Positions 26,197-39,213 are shown, counted from the whole stretch's first letter. The stretch: 63,784 nucleotides of DNA, filler included, from Octopus bimaculoides (GCF_001194135.2; 5 parts of 5 records of this genome joined end to end with filler, not necessarily neighbours in it); one strand, 5' to 3'. The notes: generated by a model from the letters alone, not told the origin. Translations and numbers: made by a program.

Positions 26197-26500
26197 GAAT
26201 GTATGTATGTATGAATGTATGTATGTATGTATGTATGAATGTATGTATGTATGTATGTATGTATGAATGTATGTATGTATGTATGTATGAATGTATGTAT
26301 GTATATATGTATGTATGCATGTATGTTTGTATGTATGTATGAATGTATGTATGTATGTATGTATGTATGATTGTATGTATGTAAGTACGAATGTATGTAT
26401 GTATGATTGTATGTATGTATGATTGTATGTATGTATGTATTATGTATAAATGTATGAATTTATGTATGTATGTATGTATGTATGCATGTATGTATGTATA
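26197..26500. repeat. Degenerate (TATG/GAAT)n array
   Basis: Read directly from the sequence. Confidence 0.95.
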
Positions 26501-26939
26501 TTTCAACGTATCTAGGTGCATAATTATGTGCAACTCTGATCGAAATCGTAAAGTACACCCACCCTCCCACACACATTTGTTTACATGTGTACATTTATCA
26601 TATATACATAATATAATATAAAAAGAAATATAATATATATAATGCATTTCACATATATATATATAATGTATATATACAGATATATATATATATATATATA
26701 TANNNNNNNNNNNNNNNNNNNNNNNNNNNNNNNNNNNNNNNNNNNNNNNNNNNNNNNNNNNNNNNNNNNNNNNNNNNNNNNNNNNNNNNNNNNNNNNNNN
26801 NNNATATGCACACACACACATACATTAATGAATTAATGACTTGTAGCAATAATCTTAAATAATTTATAGTTATATATATGTAGCTGAAATTTATAGAAAA
26901 ACAAAAGACGTAGACAGGTGTAGGAACAACAGTCAAGTG

Positions 26940-27030
26940 TATTAGTTTGACGCTCGGGAAAAGTGGAAAAGTCTTTTACGTTTCGAGCCTATGCACTTTG
27001 ACAGAAAGGAATAAGAGAAAATAGAGAGAG
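26940..27030 (-). mobile_element. Penelope-like pseudo-LTR fragment with a degenerate hammerhead motif
   Basis: Minus strand CTGTCAA-agtgc-atag-gctc-GAAAcgt; related to 31790-31885. Confidence 0.5.
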
Positions 27031-27227
27031 AATGGAAAAAAAGTACACATACATGCATGCATGTATGTTTACATGCATAGTCCATCCATGCATGCTTACA
27101 TCCATCCATACATACATACATACATACATACATACGTACATACGTCTATCTTATGTTTATAAAACACACAGTATATCACTTATATATTTTTTTTCTTTCT
27201 TCTTATGTGCTCCATCGATGTCTCCAG

Positions 27228-27268
27228 GAAAATGTTCATAGGAGGACTAAGTTGGCAAACAACTGGAG
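27228..27268 (+). CDS. msi: Musashi exon 2, start of RRM1 (RNP2): (G)KMFIGGLSWQTTG(E/D)
   Basis: Pyrimidine tract and ctccAG acceptor at 27226-27, 41-nt exon G AAA ATG TTC ATA GGA GGA CTA AGT TGG CAA ACA ACT GGA G, donor gtatgt. KMFIGGLSWQT is the Musashi signature; the 41-nt size matches vertebrate MSI exon 2 as I recall it. Confidence 0.96.
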
Positions 27269-27275
27269 GTATGTA

Positions 27276-27324
<49 letters not shown>

Positions 27325-27352
27325 GCTGTTGTTGTTATCATTATTAGTATTT

Positions 27353-27715
27353 AGGCTGCGAGCCGGCAGAACCATTAGCATGCCTGAGAAAATGCTCGGT
27401 GGTATTTCTTCCGGGTCTTTATGCTCTGAGTTCAAATTTCTCCGAGGTCAATAAAATAAGTACCAGTTGAGTAATGGGATCGATGTAATTGAATTACCCC
27501 GCTCCCTCCAAAATGTCAAAGATTTTTATTATTAAGGCGGTGAATTCGCAAAATCATTAGTACGTCGAACAAAATGCTTAGCAGCATTTCTTCCGACTCT
27601 TTAAGTTCTAGGTTCAAATTCCACAGAAGCCGACTTTCGGAATCGATAAAATAAGTACCCGTCAAATACTGTATTCGATGTAATAGGCTGGCCGCCACCC
27701 CTAAAACGTTGCTGG
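27353..27715 (+). mobile_element. Two tandem SINE copies just downstream of Musashi exon 2
   Basis: Two successive heads (27353, 27533), each with gttcaaatt and gataaaataagtacc. Confidence 0.8.
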
Positions 27716-28849
27716 CTTTATGTTGCTGTTACTACCACTACTACCACTACTACTACTATTGATAATATTACAACTGATGTCCTTCTTATACTGTTAACAT
27801 TCTAGTTTTCATTGTTTCACGTGGGAAGAACAGAGGAATTTTTCTTACGAGGGACATTTTTTATTTATTTATTTATGCATTCTATTCATGTTCGTTTCAA
27901 GACTACGAGGATCAAGATAGACATTTTCATTTCCGTTACTTTCGTGTGAATGAAAGAATGAATATTTATAACTTTCCCACTAAATCTTTCTTGTTATATA
28001 TTGTAAATTTCTCGTCTAGCTTTTTTCTTCGTCTGCCTGTCTGTCATTATGTCAATCTATATGTGTCGGTGCATGCAGGCCACTGCATCTCACCGTGTTT
28101 ATATATATATCGATGTACACACTGGCACACAAAAACAAACACGTGCACACACACACACACACACACACGTACACACACACACGTACACACACACACACAC
28201 ACAATCACACATACATATATGCATATACATACAAATAAATGTATATTTGTGTATACGTGGGTGGGTGTGTGGGTGGGTGTGAATGTCTTACATATGACTT
28301 ACGAATTTCACCAAAACCTATACACTATGATATAGAACTACTTAAAACTATATACAACGTATATGTGTGCGTACATTCACACACTAACACATGTATACAT
28401 TTCTATATATGAGGAACAGCGATCTTGATTTCAAAAATATATTAAAAAACAAAAGCACATTTCTATTAAAGTCCCTTTTCTTCATAAATTCGTATTAATT
28501 CTTTGCATTAGTTAATTCTTTTCCCAAATCTACCATCAATGTTTCTATACCACACACAAACACACCCCCGCATATAGGTTTGTGTGTGTGAGAAACAGAC
28601 AGACAGACAGAGAAAGAGACAGAGAGAGAGAGAGAAAGAAAGAGAGAGAGAGAGAAAGAAAGAGAGAGAGAGAGATAGATGATATGCTATCAGTTCCAGA
28701 CGGGGCGAAACTTAGTGTTATATAAAGCAAGAAGCGTAAACATGGACACGGATACACAAACGAAGGATCCTCTTCTTATAATCCCATTCTTAGAGCAAAT
28801 ACTTTAAATGAATGTACCGTACTTATTTTATTAACCCATGTTGCCATCG

Positions 28850-28891
<42 letters not shown>

Positions 28892-29027
28892 GTGCATGAT
28901 TGAGTTAGTGTATATGCGTGAGACAGTAAGACACAGACCTGCAAATGAAACATCGCAGTTTTGTCTTTTACAAACATTCTCTCNNNNNNNNNNNNNNNNN
29001 NNNNNNNNNNNNNNNNNNNNNNNNNNN

Positions 29028-29039
29028 TTAATTAATTAA
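29028..29039. other. Assembly linker TTAATTAATTAA between N-runs (also 46922-33, 51365-76, 61692-703)
   Basis: An identical 12-mer flanked by N-runs four times; artefact, not biological. Confidence 0.9.
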
Positions 29040-29374
29040 NNNNNNNNNNNNNNNNNNNNNNNNNNNNNNNNNNNNNNNNNNNNGGGGGGGGGGGACAAAC
29101 ACAGACACAGAGACGCACACGCATATACATATATATATGATGGGCTTCTTTCACTAACAAGGCTTTGGTTGGCCTGGTACTATAACAGGCACTTGCCCAA
29201 GGTGCCATGCAGTGGAACTGAACTCTGAACCATATGGTTGGGAAGCAAACTTCTTACCACACAGCCATACCAGCACCTATTTAACTCTTTAAATAGTTTC
29301 AGCTTAAGAGCTGCAGTCATGCTGGAGCACCATTGTTAGCTGTGCTACACTTTCACTGCTTGAAACCTCTGATA

Positions 29375-30115
29375 TGTGGCATTTAGTGAACAACTGAGTT
29401 TGATGTTACTACCCTCATTTGCAGTTACTGCTATGAGGTAGGCTCATCTGGAACTCTTGACAGGAGGAAATCTAGTCTTGCTTCAAAGTCCCCTACATCC
29501 ACACTATGTAGGTCTCTCATCAAGCTTTTTGGGAGGGTATTGAAGAGCTGTGAACCCTTGAAATCCAAGCTGTTGCCATATCTGGTCTTGTATCTTGATG
29601 GCAATGTTGGGATCTTTGGCACTATGCAGTGGTGCCCTCTTCTGCTGTTTGTGTAACTTTCAATACCAAAGTTTGGTACAATTCCTTCTAGAATTTTCCA
29701 GATGTATATCATTGCATATCTTTCCTGCCTCCATTCTAGGGAGTAGAGTCTTAACTGTTTCAGCCTTTTCTAGTAGCTGACATGTTCCATTGAGATGATT
29801 TCCTTTGTGTAGCTTAGCTTGAGTGCTTCAAGTTTTGTCATTAATTTTACATTGTGTGGTGACCATAGTTGGGAGCAATAATCTAAATGGCTGAGGACAT
29901 ATCACTCCAGAGGACCATTACGATTTTCTGTTCTCTTGTTTTGAAAGTTCTAAGGATCCATCTGGTCATCCATCTGCATTTTATTACAAACTTCATAAAA
30001 AGCACCTGGAAAGATACATCATTACTCATGTCAGTGCCCAGGTCACAAACTGATTTTGATTCAGATATTGCAATCCCTCTGGGGCCAGTGTATCATGCTT
30101 GCTTTTCATTCAGCA
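29375..30115 (-). mobile_element. CR1/L2-group LINE, 3' part
   Basis: ORF 29431-29712 IYIWKILEGIVPNFGI...GSQLFNTLPKSL...FLLSRVPDEP; homologous to 34700-35410. Confidence 0.9.
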
Positions 30116-30119
30116 ATGT

Positions 30120-31735
30120 TAATAAAGATGAGATGCAGTTCAGATTTGTGCCAGATGGGAGCACGACTTATGCTATATTCCTGGTTAGGCAACTACAGGA
30201 GAAATACCTAGCCAAAAATAAACCCCTGTATCTAGCTTTTGCTGATATGGAGAAAGCCTTCAACAGAGTCCTCCGATTCTTATCTAGTGGTCAATATGGA
30301 AGCTAGCGATAGATGAGTGGCTGGTGAGAGTTGTACAAACCATGTACAGGGATGCTGTCAGTAAGGTGAAGATTAGCAATGAATGTAGCTATGAATTCAA
30401 GGTATAAGTAGGGGTTCACCAAGGCTCAGTCCTCAGCCCCCTCTAGTTCATCATAGTCCTCCAGGCAATAACAAAGGAATTTAAGATGGGCTGCCCCCAG
30501 AAGCTCTTCTATGCTGATGACCTTGCTCTTATAGCTGAGTCACTATCAGAACTAGAGGAGACGTTTCAGGTGTGGAAGCAAGGTATAGAACCTAAGGGCC
30601 TTAGAGTTAATCTAGCAAAAACCAAAGTCTTAGTAAGTAGGAAAGCAGACAAATCACAAATCCCTTCAGGTAGATGGCCCTGCTTGATCTGTAGAAAAGG
30701 CATAGGTAAAAACTCCATAAGATGTACCTGGTGTAAGCCATGTATCAGAGGAAGATTAACAGTGAAACTAGTTTTTGTGTGTGGAAGGTGCACAGATACA
30801 ATTAACACTAAAGATGTACAGAAAATAGACTCCATCAAATGCCAGCGGGGAAAGCTAGAGGTAGTTGATAACTTCTGTTATCTAGGTGACCAAGTCAGCA
30901 GTGGAGGTGGATGCTCTGGCAGCATAAGTGCTAGAATAAGAGTAAGCTGAGTTCAGAGAGCTCCTACCTATGTTGGTAACAAAGGGCTTCTCCCTCAGAG
31001 TGAAAGGCAGATTATACAATGCCTGTGTGTGAACAGCCATGCTACACAGCAGTGAAACATGGGCTGTGACTGCCAAGAGCATGCATAGGCTTGAAAGAAA
31101 TGAAGCTAGTATGCTTTACTGGATTTGCAATTTCAGTAGGCATGTACAATAGAATGTAAGAGTCCTGAGGGAAAAGTTGGGCATAAGAGGCATAGGATGT
31201 AGTGTGCAAGAGAGATGACTGTGTTGGTGTGGTCATGTGTTGCGTATGTATGGAGATGCTGTAGAAGAGGGAGACCCAGGAAGACATGGGACAAGGTGGT
31301 AAAGCATGATCTTCAAACGTTGGGCTTAAAGGAGGCAGTAACTAGGAATCGAGAACTTTGATGATATGCCATGCTTGAGAAGAACAATCAAGCCAAGTGA
31401 AATCATAGTCATGGCCATTGTTGGTGTCATGTAAGAAGCACCTTTCAAGCATTGGGCCTCGTAGAAGCAATGACAAAGGATCGAGACCTTTGGCAATATA
31501 CTGTGCATGAGAAGAAGACCCATCATGCCAAGTGAAATCATAGTCGTGGTAGATGCAATTGTCACACTACTGGCACCTGTGCCAGTCTTGGAGTGCTTGG
31601 TGTTAGGACGGGCATCCAGCCTCAGAAACCATGCCAAATCAGACTTGGAGTCTGATGCTGCCCCTCAGTTTACCAGCCCTGATCAAACAAACCATCCAAT
31701 GTCAATATGGACAACAGACATTAAATGATGATGAT
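30120..31735 (+). mobile_element. 5'-truncated RTE-clade LINE (RT to 3' end)
   Basis: QFRFVPDGSTTYAIFLVRQLQEKY, DMEKAFNRV, HQGSVLSP, LFYADDLALIA, LRVKGRLY...SETW; (GAT)n tail at about 31725; many stops. Confidence 0.92.
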
Positions 31736-31789
31736 GATATGTGACCGCGTGTGCATCGTTGGCGATTTTCTTTCTCTGTCTTCCCATCT

Positions 31790-31885
31790 TTGGATATTTC
31801 CTATATTTCTGATGAAGATCTCCAATTGAAACGTTAAATCCTCTTTCTTTTCTTTCCTTTCCTGAGCGTCCAATAACACTGTACT
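31790..31885 (+). mobile_element. Penelope-like pseudo-LTR fragment with a hammerhead core
   Basis: CTGATGA 31809-15, short stem II, GAAA 31828-31, ACGT palindrome. Confidence 0.55.
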
Positions 31886-32127
31886 TATTCCACATCCTCA
31901 CGTTGTTTTTTTTGTGTTTTTTCGTGCTTGTTCATGTTGAAATTGACTATATATANNNNNNNNNNNNNNNNNNNNNNNNNNNNNNNNNNNNNNNNNNNNN
32001 NNNNNNNNNNNNNNNNNNNNNNNNNNNNNNNNNNNNNNNNNNNNNNNNNNNNNNNNNNNNNNNNNNNNNNNNNNNNNNNNNNNNNNNNNNNNNNNNNNNN
32101 NNNGTATGTAAGTATGTATGTATGTGT

Positions 32128-32319
32128 AGGCACAGGTGTGGTCGTGCAGTAAGAAGCTTGCTTTCCATCAATGTGGTTCCAGGTTCAGTCCCACTGTGTG
32201 GCACCTTAGGCAACTGTCTTCTAATACAGCCTTGGGCCAACCAAAGCCTTGTGAATGGCTTTAGTAGATGGAAACTGAAATAAGCCCATTGTATATGTGT
32301 GTGTTTTGTGTGTGTGTTT

Positions 32320-32388
<69 letters not shown>

Positions 32389-32572
32389 CCCACCACCATT
32401 TGACAACTGCTGTCAGTCTGTTTATGTGCCCGTAAATTAGCGGTTTGGCAAAGAATAAGTACCAGGCTTAAGAAAATAAGGACAAGGGCCAATTCATTTG
32501 ACGAAAGGTTGTTCAGGGCAGTGCCCCAGCATGGTCACAGTCTAATGACTGAAACAGATAAAATATAAAAGA
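32128..32572 (+). mobile_element. Full-length SINE of a second family (tRNA head, internal (TG)n, conserved tail)
   Basis: Head gtggtcgtgcagtaagaagcttgc...ggttcagtcccactgtgtggcacc, (TG)n, tail ...gccccagcatggtcacagtctaatgactgaaac. Confidence 0.85.
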
Positions 32573-32804
32573 CATCCAGATAGAAAGTAGGATGGAAGAC
32601 AAAAGGATGAACAAGAAGTGGGAGCACTAACCTGTTGCTGGATCATCAAGGAGCAATATATTCTGTCCAGATTTGGCCAGGACTTCAAAACAGAGTGGAA
32701 ATTCAAGTGTAGGCAACTCAACAATGAAGTGTGGGTCATAAACCACTGTTGGAAATAAAGAAAATAGAAGGAAAAAAACGACATCAGATTTGTTTCTATA
32801 CAAT

Positions 32805-33680
32805 CATCATCATTTAGTGTACATTGTCCATGCTGGCATGGGTTGGACGGTTTGACCAGGGCTGGCAAGCTGGAAGGCTGCACCAGACTTCAGTCTGATT
32901 TGGCATGGTTTCTACAGGTGGATGCCCGTCCTAACACCAACCACTCCAAGATTAGCACGGGTGCCAGTTATGTGACACCAGCCTCAGCCACAACTATGAT
33001 TTCACTCAGCTTGACAGGTCTTCTCAAGAACAGCATATCGCCAAAGGTTTTGGTCACTAGTCATTGACTCTGTGAGACCCAATGTGTGGAAATGATGCTT
33101 CACCACCTTGTCCTATGTCTTCCTGGGTCTACCTTTTCTACAGATGCCCTCCACACTTAGAGATTGGCACTCCTTTACACAGCTGTCCTCATCCATATGC
33201 ATTACATAACCATACCAGTGCAATTGTCCCTTTTGCACACCACATCTGATGCCTCTTATGCCTAACTTTTCTCTCAAGATGCTTACACTCTGTCAAACAT
33301 GCACACTGACATTGCACTTCTAGAGAAGCATACTGGCTTCATTTCTTTGAAGTCTACGCATGTCTTCAGCTGTCACAGCCTATGTTTCACTGCTGTGTAG
33401 CATAGCTTTTCACACACAGTCATCATACAATCTGCCTTTCACTCTGAAGGAGAGGCTCTTTGTTGCTAGCAGAGGTAGGAACTCTTTGGACTTTGCCCAG
33501 CCTAATCTTATTCTTACAGCTACGCTCTTGGAGTATCCAGTTCCGCTACTAACTTGGTCACTTAGAATAACATAAGCTGTCAACTACCTCTAGCTTACCC
33601 CAGTGGTAGTTGATAGAGTCTATTTTCTGTACATTTTTGGTGTTTATTGTACCTGTGCATTTTCAACACACAATACATAT
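32805..33680 (-). mobile_element. Second RTE LINE 3' fragment, inverted relative to 30120-31735
   Basis: The reverse complement matches about 30775-31735, including the catcatcat tail. Confidence 0.88.
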
Positions 33681-33715
33681 ATAAATATATGCACACATAC
33701 TCACACACACAGACC

Positions 33716-33781
<66 letters not shown>

Positions 33782-33829
33782 TCTTCACTCACCTTTAGGG
33801 AACGTGCAAGTCAGCTAATCTCTAGAATT

Positions 33830-35410
33830 CTTTACAACTACAGATATAAAAAGGGAGGCAGTAACAATTGATTACATCAACATCAAAGAAAATGATGTAA
33901 CACTGGCAATAGATGAGGTAGACTCAAACTCAGCTGCTGGCCCTGATGGATTCCCAGCAATCCTTCTCAAATCATGCAAACGAGCCCTTGCAAACCACTG
34001 TAGTTTCTTTTCTGATCTTCCTTGCAAGTGGTGAGCTCCCAGGCAAACTGAAGGAGGGAATAATATACCCTTATCATAAAGGAGGAAGCAGAGCAAATTC
34101 TAAAAACTATGGGCCTATCTTTCTGATTTCATACATCAGCAAAGTCATGGAACGAATAGTTTGAAAGAAACTAATTGCACTCCTTTAAGAGAATGACTTG
34201 CTGACTGACACCCAGCACACCTTTCAGCCAGGGAGAAGCTGCCTGACACAGCTCTTGTGGCACTATGACTGGGCGTTAAAGCAGCTGCTCAACAATCCAA
34301 ATGTGAAGGTGATATATCTTGACTTTGTAAAGCTTTTGTTAAAGTCAATCATGGTATGAAATGTCACAAGCTGTGTAATCTCAGCATAAATGGAAGACTA
34401 AGAGAATGGTTCCATGACTTCCCAAAAGATAGAAGTCAGGTAGTGGTAGCCAATGGGACTACCTCCAAGGAAACACAAATAATGAGTGGTGTCCCACAGA
34501 GCACTGTCCTGGGGCCACTGTTGTGCATAGTGGCCCTCTCAGACATATCCTCAGATGCTCAGCTAGCTATGCAGATGATGCAATAGTCTCTCAGAGGATA
34601 CAGAACGCTGGAGATGTTGCGCATCTGCAACAGGAGTTGCACACAATATACAGGTGGGCTGAGGAAAATAACATACAGTTAAATGCTGGAAAATTCCAAG
34701 CCCTGTGCTACCAACAAATGAAGCTGAATGAAAAGCAGACAAGATGTACTGGCCCCAGAGGAATTGCAATTCTTGAATCAAAATCAGTGAGCAACCTGGG
34801 CAATGATATGAGTAATGATGTATCTTTCCAGGTGCATATTTCTAAGTTGACAAAAAAATATTGACAGCTGACTGGATGGATCCTTTGAACTTTCAGAACG
34901 AGAGAACAGGAAATCATGATGCCTTCTGGAGGACATTTGCCCCCAGTCTTTCAGATTACTGCTTCAAAGTATGGTCATCAAACAGTGTAAAATTAGCATG
35001 TCAGCTACTCCGAGAGACTGAAAGAGTTAAGGCTTACTCTCTAGAACAAAGGCAGGAAAGATATGCAGCAATATATATCTGTAAAATCCTAGAACTTATA
35101 CTTAACTTTGGCATTGTAATTTACACAAACAGCAGAATGGGGCACCACTACATAGTACCGAAAATTCCAACATTGCTATCAGAATAAAGAATCAGATACT
35201 GCAACAGCTTGGGTTTCAAAGGCCCACAGCTCTTCAATATCCTCCCACAAAGCTTAAGAGATCTACATGGGGTGGATGTAGGTGTCTTCAAAACAAAACT
35301 GGATCTCCTCCTGTCAAGAGTCCCAGATAAACCTACCAAGTGGCAAGAAGTGCAGATGAGGGCAGCAACATCAAACTCAGTTATTCACCAAATGCCACCT
35401 ATCAGAGGAG
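33830..35410 (+). mobile_element. CR1/L2-group LINE RT region to 3' end
   Basis: DEVDSNSAAGPDGFPAILL, SKVMERIV, GVPQSTVLGPLL, YADD, YRWAEENNIQLNAGKFQ, FKGPQLFNILPQSLR; frameshifted. Confidence 0.92.
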
Positions 35411-35506
35411 GTTTAGTAAAAGTGTACACACACACACATACATCACCACTCTTCCATCACTATAAGATTTTGTGTGTAAATGTGCGTGCGTATGTATGTA
35501 TGTATG

Positions 35507-35595
<89 letters not shown>

Positions 35596-35974
35596 CTGTA
35601 GATACACACACACATATATTTACATGTGTTATATCCATACATACTTCTATATATTAGTTTTATCATTTAGTAAAATAAGAGTTGCAATATATTTGAAATC
35701 TTATATGTTTGTATTATGAGCTAAGGTTTTTGTAGTGGTGTTAGATTCTCCTAATAAATAAACAAGTGGCCTTGTAGGAAAAAGTAGCTTAAATCCCAGT
35801 TTGCAAGTGCTCATTGTTTTTCTTAAGTCAAATGTTTCACGGAAGACACCAAACCATTTGGGAAAATAAAAAGTAATTAATATCACTTAAAAGTTAAAAA
35901 ACTGTTGCTAGTTAAGTAATGAGCTAATTATCCATCTGATAAAATGAATAATGTATGAAAATAGTATTTCATAT

Positions 35975-36535
35975 TTTTGCACAAGGCCAGCAATTTCAAG
36001 GGGGAGCAAGTCGACTACATCAACCCCAGCACTTAACTGGTAATTATTTTATCGACCCCAAAAGGATGAGGAGTAAAGTCAACCTCAGCAGAATTTGAAT
36101 TCAGAACGTAAAGATGGAGGAAATGCTACAAAACATTTTGCCTGGCATGTTAAGGATTCTGCCAGCTTAAGACTAAGTTGACCTTTGTGGGATTTGAACT
36201 CACAGTGTAGGGAACTAGAACAAATACCATGAGGTATTGTTTGATGTTTTAACGAGCTCATTGCCTTTCTACTGTAAACATTAACAAAATCAATATTCAC
36301 TTTGATCACTTATTATTTTCTACATGAATTAAGGCAGTGAGCTGGTAGAATCATTAGCATGTCAGACGAAATACTTGGCAGCGTTTCTTCCATTTCCTTA
36401 CTTTTTGAAATTAAATTCTGCCATGTTCAACTTCACCTTTCACCCTTTCGGGGTCAATAAAATAAGTACCAGTTGAGTACAGGAGTTAATGTAATCAAAA
36501 TTTCAGGCCTCATGCCTATAAAAGAAAGGATTATT
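35975..36535. mobile_element. Cluster of SINE copies in opposite orientations (about 35975-36260 minus, 36331-36535 plus)
   Basis: Same head and core motifs as the 5175 and 8822 copies. Confidence 0.75.
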
Positions 36536-36544
36536 ATTATTGAG

Positions 36545-37195
36545 TAAGAGAGCAGCACATGCCGTCAAAGTGACCTTGGGGTACAAATATACAAGGCTTA
36601 ATATATCCATCTGTACCCCAGGAACATGCATCACAGTCATATGTGTGTGACAAGGTGATCTCATATCAAGATAAACAACACTTGACCTTGCAAGTGAAGA
36701 CTCAATTAGAATTTTCTTCAGGTTGACTGGGCCATCCTACTTAAAAGGTCTCTGAATAGGGGTTGTTTAAGGAATATGAACAAAATACCCGTTTTACCAG
36801 AGGTGAATTATTCAGACCCCAAGAATTATTGTTTGATGCAAACTCACAGCATATTTTACTGGATGTGTTAGAAAGTGTCAGCTGTCCATAACCAGCAGAC
36901 TAAGGTGACTCTTGTTTACTGGTCATGCTCCAAGAACCCTGTGAAGAACTCTTGCAGTTCCAAGCAATGCTGAGTTTTGTAGGTGTTCTACCTTTGCATT
37001 TGTACCAGTCTTTTTGGGCCATGATGGTAGTTGGGTTCTGATACTTCCAAGTGCACCGATTACTACTGGTATCATGTCTACTCTCCTCATTGACCATAAC
37101 CTTCATATTTCCTACTTCAAATTATCATAGCTGTTTAGTTTTTCTTCTTCTTTCTCCTTGATCCTGTTGTCACTGGGACATGCTATGTCAATTAT
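36545..37195 (-). mobile_element. Restriction-like endonuclease (R4/NeSL-type) non-LTR retrotransposon 3' end
   Basis: KERTCMIIDIACPSDNRIKEKEEEKLNSYDNLK followed by LWSMRRVDMIPVVIGALG, a PD-(D/E)xK RLE-type tail. Confidence 0.8.
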
Positions 37196-37265
37196 CATGC
37201 ATGTCCTTTCTTTATAATTATCATCATCATCATCATCATCATTGTTATTATTGCTATTACTATTA

Positions 37266-37490
37266 TGAAGGAAGCAAGCTGGCAGAATTGTTAGCATGTT
37301 GGACAAATCACTTAGCAGCATTTCTTCCAGTTCTTTATGTTCTAAATTCAAATCCAGCCAAGGCTGAGTTTGCATTCATCCTTTTGCAGGATTGATAAAC
37401 TAAAGTACCAGTTGGGCATTACTGTTGATGTAATCACAAACTCCTTCACCAAAAACTTTGCTAGCCTTATGCCAAAATATTGAAACCATT
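37266..37490 (+). mobile_element. SINE, same family
   Basis: agctggcagaattgttagcatg...aaattcaaatcc...gataaactaaagtaccag. Confidence 0.75.
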
Positions 37491-37965
37491 ATTTTCTACA
37501 TGGATGAACTGCTTTTGATTATTTTCTTCCTTTGACCAAGACTCTGAAAAATGTTACAAGTTCTTTCATCTTACTGTTATCTTAGCAATAACAATAACGA
37601 CTTTTTTTGGTAAAGTATCGACTTTTAATGGAGGCACAATACCTTAAATGTGAGTAGAAGGGATGGATGGTGGATATTTATTATCATAAAGGCAGTAATC
37701 ATATGGTACTTATTTTATAGACCCTGAAACTATGAAAGACAAAGTCGATCTGAATTTGAATTCAGATCATAAAGTTTCTTGTTTTAATATTCAAAGAATA
37801 TAAAGTTGGCAATACTTACATCCACTGGCTCGTCTCTTAGCTGCAATATAGAGAAACACCAAGATAAAGAGAGTGCTTTGATATAGGATATATTAATATT
37901 AAAACTTATTGGTCACTTACACCAGTAATCTGAATATAAACAGAGTTTATATGTGTGTATGTGGA

Positions 37966-38044
<79 letters not shown>

Positions 38045-38049
<5 letters not shown>

Positions 38050-38200
38050 TGTCTGTCTGTGTGCATCACTAAAACTCGAGAACTACCCAACATATTTCAT
38101 TCAAATTTTACACATGCCTTACTTAGGGTCCATGCAGTGTCATGAGCCAAAACAATTTCCAACTTCTTGCTTAATGCGAGCCCGGAGCAATCTCTTATCT
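38045..38200 (+). mobile_element. Non-autonomous Helitron-like element fragment
   Basis: Starts in a (TGTC)n run and carries actaaaactcgagaact...caaattttacaca; related sequence lies reversed near 45100-45250. Family assignment is by resemblance only. Confidence 0.4.
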
Positions 38201-39010
38201 CTTACACTGTTTCTGTATTGTGTTAAAAGTGAAACAATATCTCTTTACATTATTTACATTTGACAGATATTTGTCTCATCTTGTTTGTTGTTAACACAAC
38301 GTTTTGGCTGATATACCCTCTAGCCTTCATCAGGTGTCATGGGGAAATTTTGAACCCTATGGCTGCGATATGTTGATGACACCTTTATACTCTGGCCCCA
38401 TCAGGAAGATGTCCAAGTGCTGTTAGATCATGTGAACTCAATAAAGCCATCCATGCAGTTCACAATGGAAAAGGAAAAAGACAATCAGCTAGCATTCCTG
38501 GATGTATTAATAACACGCACCAAGTATGGATTCAGGTCATATGTATACCACAAGCCGACCTTCACTGGAAGATACCTCAACTTCAATTCCCACCATCCGT
38601 ACAGTGTAAAGAGAGGGATTGCTCAATGCCTAAAACATTGAACAAAGAATATAAGTAGCAATCGTGATACACACCACGAAGAAATGATCAAGCTCAATAA
38701 CAATCTATTAAGCAACAACTACCCCGCAAAAATACTATCCACTCCAATTATGAAGAAAAGAGAGGATGAAACCAATAAACTGTCCACAGTCTGTCTACCC
38801 TATGTGAAAGGCCTCTCCGAAAAGATACAAAAGATACGTGGCCCATATGACACCAGGACGGTATTCAAAAGTAATACAACACTTCACAAATATCTCCTTT
38901 GAGTAAAAGCACCAATAGATGAGAAAATGACCAAAGACTGTGTGTACTCCATCCCATGCAGCTGTGGTAGGTTATACAAAGGCGAAACATATCGCCCCCT
39001 CAAAATAAGG
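38200..39010 (+). mobile_element. Penelope-like element: RT thumb plus GIY-YIG endonuclease, with an inverted pseudo-LTR at its 5' side
   Basis: YVDDTFILWPH, QFTMEKEKDNQLAFLDVLI, YLNFNSHHP, CVYSIPCSCGRLYKGETYRPLKIR; hammerhead motif on the minus strand 38333-38297. Confidence 0.92.
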
Positions 39011-39213
39011 GTATTGTGCCTCCATTATATGTGCCTCCATTATATGTGCCTCCATTATATGTCCGATGGCTCAACGAACCTAATGCCACCGACATTAAGT
39101 TGGTTGAGTCATCTGGCACTATGTTCTTTTTGGAGAGAAGTTTTAATTGTTAATTTTTATCTTTATTCACCAGAAGAAAACGGTTTATTTTTGCATGATG
39201 AAACACTCTTGTT

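Noticed and set aside
29028-29039. Recurrent TTAATTAATTAA motif as a regulatory element
   Set aside because: Always isolated between N-runs; it is a scaffolding linker.
39015-39059. 15-bp unit repeated three times as a possible CRISPR-like array
   Set aside because: A direct tandem repeat without spacers; no cas genes; eukaryotic context.
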